Source of the DNA: Halocafeteria seosinensis | Lineage: Eukaryota | Assembly (NCBI GenBank): GCA_001687465.1 | Contig: LVLI01000295.1 | Location: 62,001-126,000, forward strand | DNA length: 64,000 nucleotides | Direction of reading: 5' to 3' | Shown here: positions 56,023-64,000 of the stretch, in pieces | Numbering within the stretch: position 1 is the first letter of the stretch | Layout: the number at the start of each line of letters is the position of its first letter | The notes under the pieces: model-generated | Seen by the model: only the letters and a program-made list of their open reading frames with translations | What the model was told of the DNA's origin: nothing | Databases searched by the model: none | Made by a program: the position numbers and the translations under genes

Positions 56023-56496
56023 TTAAATCCAGCAGACTGTTGATTCCTCGTCCTGAGAAGATAAAGCTCCTCGGACATGTGCTTCAACGTACTGCTGCGC
56101 TTCCTCCTGTGTTAGTTCTTTGATTTCTCTACCCCATTGTGCTTTCAATGCATGCCAATTTTTGGGCTCCTTTTCCCAAAGCTTCATGTTACTCTGCAAA
56201 TATTTTTGTACAGCTTGTTTGATTTCATCCCTCCTCGGTTCAACGGTGTCCAGTTTAGCTTTCAAATAGCTATCAAAACTGGGTGATTCTGTCCTCTCCA
56301 TAGACTCTTGGTATTGCTGAACTGCCGTTTCAATCTTTTCTCGCGTTGTTTGCAATGAGGTATTCCCAAGATTAGCAAATATGACATCAAACTGTGTTCC
56401 GTGGCTTAAAAGTTCTTTGGACCACAAATTTCGAGTAATCGCTTCTGTCACAACAGAGGAATTTAGTCCTTCGGCAGTAATATATGCTGTTATCAA
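56023..56496 (-). other. Orphan open frame, possibly an exon of a lineage-specific or decaying gene
   Basis: 157 open codons with helical, protein-like composition but no ATG start. I could not build a clean spliced model. Confidence 0.3.
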
Positions 56497-57326
56497 TACT
56501 ATTGTATTACACTATACTCGTTATCTCAAGATTCTCAATTCCTCTTTGAGTTTCGACATCCTCCTGCATTAAGGAGAGAATTCCAAACATTCCCCCTACA
56601 AGTATACCATTTTTTTGCCGGCTTCTAATTTGCTCTTTTCGTTTCTTGGACTCACCTGCGAAACACTTAACGTGGAGTAGTACAAGGCTTCTATACTTTA
56701 GGGCGGCATTTTATCTATTAGGTACAAGTGCAACTAAGACGGTCTCAAGAGTCACAGTACAACCACGTGTAGTGGCTAACATCCAGTTGCCGGTGGGCCA
56801 TCAGGCACATCTTCGTCGTCGACAACCACGAGTTGGTCCACCACTGTAGTCAAACTAATCACCAATGAATCACTGACTAATATTCCCTCGTGAAACCCTT
56901 TAGGGTTGACACGGTTTGGTGGCCTATGGTGGTACCGGTGAAAGACCTACAGTAGATAACCTGTGTACTGTGTGTAAGTCTGTAAGTTACCAGTGGTAGT
57001 CTGTGACGGCACGTTTGAAACGTTTGCAAGCTTAAAGCTTGCAAGCCTCGAGTTTGTAAACTGAGAAGCAACAAAGTTTTCTTGGACCCTTTAGAAGCAA
57101 AGTTTTTGTTTTCTGGGGAAGAAGCGTTGTCTAATGCAATTTAGTGATCGTTGATATGAATTGCCGACTTATTGAGTCGTGTTAGTTATCGTTTTTCGGC
57201 TGAAGCTAACATCAGCGTTGTTGCAGAGCTAGAGCATCTTCCTCTGGATTCCTCGAAGAAGATAGCGGCAGACGAGAAGTCTTGGAAGTCATTCCTTCCC
57301 CTTGTTACAGTAAGGGCTAGGAAACG

Positions 57327-58887
57327 ATGAGTGCATCACAATCCAGTGCTCAAGAGACGCATGAGAGCGGTTCATCTTCCTCTTCGTCATTGAAATGGAA
57401 ACTGCGCAACTTCAGCTTGGAGAGCTACATCCAGGACCTAAGTGGCCAAGCCAAAGTCAGACGACTCATACACATTGCACGAACTGTGTCTAAGTTAGGA
57501 AACGGAAAAGGCGATAGCCCCGAGGAGAAACAGCAAGTGAGAGAAAAGGCCCTGAAGCTGGCTATAGAGTATGCACAAAATGAGGGACAAAACACGGAGC
57601 TCTATCAACGCCTTTGTGAAGAAGCGAACGTACAGCCAGATTATGAGTGGATCGAGCAAGAAAAACAGAAGCTGGCCCAGCAGCAAGCAACGTTAGAACG
57701 AGAAGTGAATTCATCAATGGCGGACCAGTCCAGAGAGGATATTCGCGTACGTTTGATTGCTTTACTCCTCGATCATCTTGATTCTATCTGTCTTCACACT
57801 TGGTTGCAGCAATCCCTACGGTCCCTTGGCAAATTGTGTGAATCCTATGGTGACACAGAAAAAGCAATTCGAAACTACTCTAGAGCGACTGAGTATTGCA
57901 CGAAACATTTCATTCCGCAAATGTACCTAAATATTGCATATGCGGCGTTTTTGGGGGATCAATGGGATATCGTCGTCGATTACGCAAATAAGGCACTGAG
58001 AATGACGCAAGATAGCAATGATAAGTAAGTCATGAAATCTCATCGAGCACTTGCGCCTTAAATGCATATTTCCACGTTTATCGACTCCCACAGAAACCTA
58101 AAGAATGAATGTAATGTTCTTTTAGCCCTCGGTCACTTTGTCCGTCGACAGGATGAACAAACCATCAACTCTCTCTGCCGCATTGAGACAGAAAAGGGAG
58201 AAGAGCTCTCCCACATTATCTCCATAGCGGAGCTCGCCGGTCTACTCATTATCACATCCTTGGTGACGCAGCCGCGTAGTTTCCTACAAGAACATCTATT
58301 GAAAGACAAGCAGCTTCAGCGCATGGTTGAAACGGCCCCGCGGTTGAAAGAAGTTGTAAAGAATTTCCTAGATGCGGATTATGGCGCAGCATTAAGGTCG
58401 TGGAACGATGCAGAGGTATGTATTAAGTGATGCGGCACATCGTTTTAAGGGATGTAATCTGAATATTCTACCACAGCCGTCCCTCCTCTTGGATCTATTC
58501 CTATCAAACCATGTTCCGCGTTTCTCGCAAGGGCTTCTGGAGAGATGCGTTTGTGACTACGTTACGCCCTATGAAACTGTTGTTATAAGCCAGATGAGCT
58601 CCGACTTTGGAATGAATGAAAGACAGTTAAAGCACAATATCATCAATTTGATCCAAAGGGGGGTTATTAATGTCAAAGTGGATGAAAAAGAGGGCCTACT
58701 GGTAAAAACGTCCCTTTCTGAACAGGAGAACTGCTGGAAAGCAGCATCTACAACAGCTGAGAGCTTCAACCGGAAAGCTCATGAGACCATGTTTTCTCTT
58801 AACTTGAGACGCCGAGGCTTTTTCCAGAAGAAAAGGAAGACGGGCCTTGGTTTCGATCCAGAGGATATCGACACTGCAATGATGTAG
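57327..58887 (+). CDS. CSN1: COP9 signalosome subunit 1 (PCI domain)
   Basis: FSLESYIQDLSGQAKVRRLIHIA, NTELY, REDIR, GDTEKAIRNYSRATEYCT, LLLDLFLSNHV and YVTPYETV follow CSN1/GPS1. Four exons. Confidence 0.8.
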
Positions 58888-58911
58888 TCAACCGCGTGCA
58901 CGATCCGTAAT

Positions 58912-61900
58912 CTAGATCAGGAACTCAACATCAGTATTTGGAGGAATTTCTTTAATTTCTTCGCTTTCACTGTCTTCGTCTGGGGGAGGAACGTATGCCG
59001 TCGTCTTTTGAGCATGTATAGTCCTGTTAGTTGGTGTAATGCGTTGATCCTTTCGCCCTGATAATCTTTCCTTAGCATCCCGCAAGGAGCGTTTCAAAGT
59101 CTGGATGTGCCGGACTCCTGTTTTTCCGATGATTTTCCCTAAGATCGACTCTTGCAGAGCCCGTCTATGCTGGCGTGCGATGGCAATTTCTTCGTCTATC
59201 TCTTCGTCATCGTCCCCCTCCTTCCCAGTTTCTACTTGCGAATCGCTGAACTTCCCTGCTTCCCATGTGGCAGCGCGCACGATTGCTCCTCTATCAGCTC
59301 CTTGTCTCTTGGCCAAGAGCAAATCTGCCGCGTCTTGGTAGGCAGGCAACAAGGACAGATCATAGATAGCAGCTCCTTTTTGAGCTATGACCTCCCAAGT
59401 ATACATGTTATCACCCTTACGTGGATGTAGCGTTGGGTCTAGTACCGCTTTCATTGGCCAATACTTCGTCAAGACTTTGCCGACAATACCAAGCCTAGAA
59501 ACTCTTTCCCGCTGATAGACATCTTCTGTTTCGTCATCTGCGAACGGTTCATCCATTGTATTCTCGTCAGTTTCGTTAACAAGGCTGGAAGAGTCATTCT
59601 CTCGAGTTGAAATCAACTCGGCAGATTTCAAATCCGAAACCGCTTCCTTCGCTGTCTTTTCGACATCAACCACCGCAAAATTATCCTTCAAAAGCTTCCC
59701 TGACAATACTACCTGAAGATCGGCCATTAATCGCTTTTCAAAATAGCTTGAGAAGACTGCCAAAAAGCGCTCAGGATACTTAGCAAAAATATTGCGCCTT
59801 TCATAAGCTACCCGGCCACAACTTAATATTCTGATAACTGCCTGCACACGGAAATGTTAGTATTGGCACTACTAATTTCACAATTATCGATGTAACGTAC
59901 TGTTGAAACAGTCCCCATGCAATAGGCGCAAAGGAGCACCAGTAGGAATAAACTGAGGAAAACGATATGAAGTGTAGCAGGTGCAGTATTTGCACGGAGC
60001 CATATCCCGCTGGGATCCATATCTCGCAGTCCTGAAGCAGCCACATACTGATAGAGATCTACAATATACCATAGGAGACATGGACTTACTCTGTATTTCT
60101 TCTATATCATCGGCGGCGCTGCCGCCAACACTTGTGAGAAGCGTTCCGCTAATGGTTTCCTCTTCCCCAAAAGCCCAGAAATTTACACCAAACCTTAAAA
60201 GCAGTAAAATTATTAATAATTTGAAGACAAACGTATTTATCTCTTCCTTTGGGTCATTTACGGAGGGTGCAAGTTTTCGAAATGCTGTAGGTAGTAATCA
60301 AGTGCTTTGGATTCTAAATTATTATAATGTTACAGCTGGGGCAGGACGTACCGTTCCATTTGCTCCATAGGTAGTGAAGTGACACACCAGCCGCGCATAT
60401 TACATAAAGGATAGGGATCAAACCACTGCACAATAAGATAGTCTGATACCATTAAATTATCTACATCGTAACGTCCGTAAGTACCACTCACCCAAACACA
60501 ATTGGTATCATCAAAAATATCATCAGGTGCGAGGTCGCAGAAGCTATGGGGAACTCGGAAGGGGTAAAGAGTTGTTCCAGCTCGTTCTGAGCAACGTTTG
60601 TGCATGAAAGCAAACGCAATATTGTCCATACGCGTACAACAAAAATTGCGACCGACTTACCTGGGTCACAGCGCTTTCCTCAAGAAACCTCCGACGCAAT
60701 GGCTGGACAATGTACAGCCTGATTGCAGGGATTATCGGTGGGAAGATAGTGTGGGATATTACCGTAGCGACTAAGATGGCTCCCACTTCAGGATACCATC
60801 TAGGTACAAAGGAGTCAAAGCCAGACTGCAGCAACGAGATAAAACAATTGTACTCTTCGAAGTACAAAATAATATTTGTGCAAATTCTTACCGTGAAAAT
60901 TCCGAAGGATTCTGGTATAAGTGAGCTGAGTACCGGCCATTTACCGTTCACTGCAAGAAGGACAACCACAGTGTTCACTGAATGGAAACCAATGAGCCGT
61001 TTTGCAAACGTAGTCTTCTCTTGAACGGTAGAGTCGAAACGCTCATTCTTAATGAAAAACATCATGCTGTACTCCAACAGCATATTTATCACAACTATAA
61101 AGACACCGGTACCAAACGTCGTGCTTTGTGCAGAGGTAAAATCGTCAACAATGCCGGAACACAAGTCTCCATGTTGGCCCTTGACAACATCAGCACCACC
61201 GAATGTGGTTCCAGACTGTTCGATGTTGAACGAAAGTTCGTCTACGCAAAAACAGGCAATAAACTCCTTCGCCGTATACCAGTCAAAGCTTGAGGCTTGC
61301 GGAACTGGCGTGGAGAAATTTGCCGTCGGGCACCTTATCGAACTGGGGACGCATCGAACAGTGAGGGAGCAATATTCATCATCTAGCTTACTATTGCGTC
61401 GTCTCTTACCTCTCAGGCGATATACACTTGGATAAACAGGGATCATGCGTTCCTCCATCCCACTCAAAATAGTGGCTCCCCTCTGGGCAATTGTCGTCTA
61501 TTTCTATCTGTTCAGTGTCTCGTCTCAAGAAGGTATCCTGGGGAGAAATTATCAGACACTAACGTCTATCCAACTTCGTTGCACATATGCTGAGCGAGGT
61601 TACTTACCTGAGGAAACCCATAGGAACCGAAAGCTGTTGCAGGTAAGTCCCACTTGCAAAACGCGTTCCCTGGATTCGCATCGGTGAAAGCTGTAAGGAG
61701 GCTGTTGGTACGAGCTATAACCAATCCTGTAAAGATTAGCAAGAGGATTCCAACCGCATACGATACAAGTGTCCATGACCATTTCTTGATACTAGTATCG
61801 AGCAAATTCTCCCATATTATGTTTTCCGGCTCGGTAATTTCAGTCACACTTAAGCGAAAGGATTGGACTTTTTCTTTTCGGGGTTGATCGGTCTCTGTGT

Positions 61901-63942
61901 CTTCGGTCGGGTTTTTGCCATGTGGTATTTTCCGTTTCAACCTCAGTTTCATGGGCATAAAGAGACGCCCAAGCCTGCGTTTCGGAATGGGTCGTGACTT
62001 CTCCTCTGGTTTAGTACTTCCTCAATGGTCTTACCAAGAGTTCGTGCTTTCGTAATCTTCTAGACATCTCAAAACGCTTTCTTCGCAGTTGAACATCACA
62101 ACTGCCGCAGCTGCTCTGGAATTGTATTGTATTTTACCGAGCTTACTTGTCACCTGAAAGAAAAAAACGAAGAAATTGTATACAGTCTTCCGATTCTCAG
62201 CCGTCGAGATACCGTACCTGACGGATTTCTTCGAATGCATCCAGACGATCGAGGTGGTAATGCAACCATCTATCTTTGTCAGCCCATGGGGAATTTTCTT
62301 GATACTTTTCTTCATAGATCTGGATGCAAAGAGAAGTTATTCGTGGAACACATATATACATGCAGAAAGTAACCCCTTGACCGAAACGCACCTTCAGCGT
62401 ATCTATTGTATCCTGCAAGTGTTGAATCCGTCGCGTTTCACGGATGAGGTCGTAATTGTTGGCGAAAACGTTTACGTAAGCAACGAAGGTGTTCTCATAT
62501 ACAGTATTTCCTGCATAAAATTGGTAATATTAAATCATATCTCCCTTTAGTCGTACGCAGTGACACCCCGTACCCATATGTTTCCCTTCTTCAACAGGAA
62601 GCGCGAGTCCCATTCGACCACGTCGATATTTTACGGCGCTCTTCGTATTCAGGATCACTTTGATGTTATTTCCGGTAACCATACTGAAGCATTCCACGGA
62701 ATCACTTGCTTGAATCAGCTAAACAGACTTACGGTCGGGATGAGACTTACGGGCGCTGTATCACTTTTGGGGGAAGCGCACAAGGCGCTGTCCAATCCGG
62801 AGCTCGCGGATCGTACAACTTTGCGAAATGTAACGCTAATTCGGTTTCTGTTACGTCGCTTGGTAGGTTTTTGACAAGGACAGAGTAATCACTGGCGAGA
62901 GGTTGAGGAAAGCTCCTCTTCACTTTCTGGGTTGTTATCTTGTACCAAAACCAAACAACAACGAAGAAGAATCCAAAGCTCGAAAAAGCATCGAGAAGAG
63001 ACACTATCATGGAAGCCTCGGCAAAGGTCATGGTAGTGGCGAACGGAACCTGCATCAGCGCATCCCCGGAACAATCGTAGCTGACACTTCTATTAAGCAT
63101 TAGAGCAATCGTTCAACACGCACATCAATTTTCTCGAATTCACAGTCTTGTGTATCATCCAGGAAGCATGGTGCGGTATATTCGCCACTCCTTTCGCCGT
63201 CACGAGCTCCCAAGTTACCTAGAGTTACCTGGGCTACTGTGAGGCCGTCCATGTCAATATTAGTAAATCGTCTTCCGGCGGACAGAATGGTTAGCGAAAA
63301 GATGGAGAGAACAGCGATAACCCAGAGAGATATAGCCATACATTTCTGCAAACTTGATATCACGTGAGGATATAGGGTTGCTGTCTCTTCAGAACATACG
63401 GAACGCTTACATGGAGTCCGAAATGCCATCGCATATTTGACGGTGCATCCTTCACTGTTGCCTTAGGCACTCGAGAATAGCAAAACTGACCTCTGCCTCC
63501 GAGCAGTTTCTTGTTATTACCAGCCACTTCCGCCTGCATATACGCTTTTTCAAGTCTATGTCGATGAGATGCCGTGGGACTTTGCTCATGCTCTTCTTAC
63601 CTGGGCAATTACTGGCGGCATCCATGGAAATTCATGTTGGACCACCAACTTAGCTCTGCGAATTTTACGGTTTCCTCCTACTTTAATGTTTGAGCTCGTC
63701 TCATCGTTGACTCTGCGCTTGTACTCATATGTCTGTATTTGTTCCTGAACATTGGCTTTCACCGTCTCCGCGTCAGCCACTACTCTCCCTGGCTGCTTGC
63801 GTAGATTGAGCGTTTTATTCGCTCTTTTCGCTCCTATTCTCTTGTGGATCTTTCGCTGCCGATGATCAAAGAGGTCCTGGTAGTACTTGTTTTTCTCGAA
63901 TTTGTCGATGGCAGCTGCACTGTCTTCTTGTTTGTCATCCAT
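58912..63942 (-). CDS. OSCA/TMEM63 (CSC1)-like multi-pass membrane channel
   Basis: Many exons giving TLGNLG, SDYSVLVKNLP, AVVMFN, EPENIIWENL, FVPRWYPEVG, AVTQ|NELEQLFTPSEF and G|GLIPILY. An in-frame stop upstream supports ATG 63942 as the start. Exon boundaries were only partly resolved. Confidence 0.7.
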
Positions 63943-64000
63943 CTTTCGTAGCCGTTGTCATCAACAAGATGTCGGTTGCTCAAACTCGGTTCTCCCACTA

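Noticed and set aside
56894..56907. Telomere-like TTTAGGG
   Set aside because: Single unit only, not an array.
4367..58887. Cullin-RING regulator cluster (Cdt2-like, COMMD5, CSN1)
   Set aside because: The genes are tens of kb apart with many unrelated genes between them; co-occurrence is expected by chance in a compact genome.
1..64000. Prokaryotic origin or non-standard genetic code suggested by fragmented ORFs
   Set aside because: The breaks I checked are explained by canonical GT-AG introns that restore the frame under the standard code.

Overview
Gene-dense, intron-containing eukaryotic DNA with short GT-AG introns (mostly about 60-100 nt) and roughly 20 protein-coding genes. I saw no rRNA, tRNA, CRISPR array or clear transposon. 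The content points to a flagellated heterotrophic protist, probably a stramenopile; a spliced bacterial-type ectoine hydroxylase recalls the halophilic bicosoecid Halocafeteria, but this is inference only. Gene order: FabG4-type reductase (partial, missed by the ORF track), two tandem paralogues, Cdt2/DTL-like WD40, GHITM, ectD, CFAP100, GMD, COMMD5, secreted Cys-rich repeat protein, GT41 glycosyltransferase, Popeye-domain protein, NAA38-like Sm protein, VPS9 protein, Venus-flytrap/EGF hybrid histidine kinase, a large unknown protein, RPB10 (with a candidate intronic C/D snoRNA), EH-domain protein, WD40 protein, CSN1 and an OSCA/TMEM63-like channel. The most intriguing signal is the 5' region of ectD. 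It has a mitochondrial-presequence exon, an unusually long intron region with an internal TATA and ATG, and a 7-nt candidate microexon inside a hairpin. An exact 17-nt copy of that motif lies 1.12 kb upstream in a second hairpin with the arms swapped. This is a candidate RNA-structure splicing switch or paired transcription-factor element controlling osmolyte synthesis. All gene models were built by hand from splice signals and reading frame; no database searches were run.
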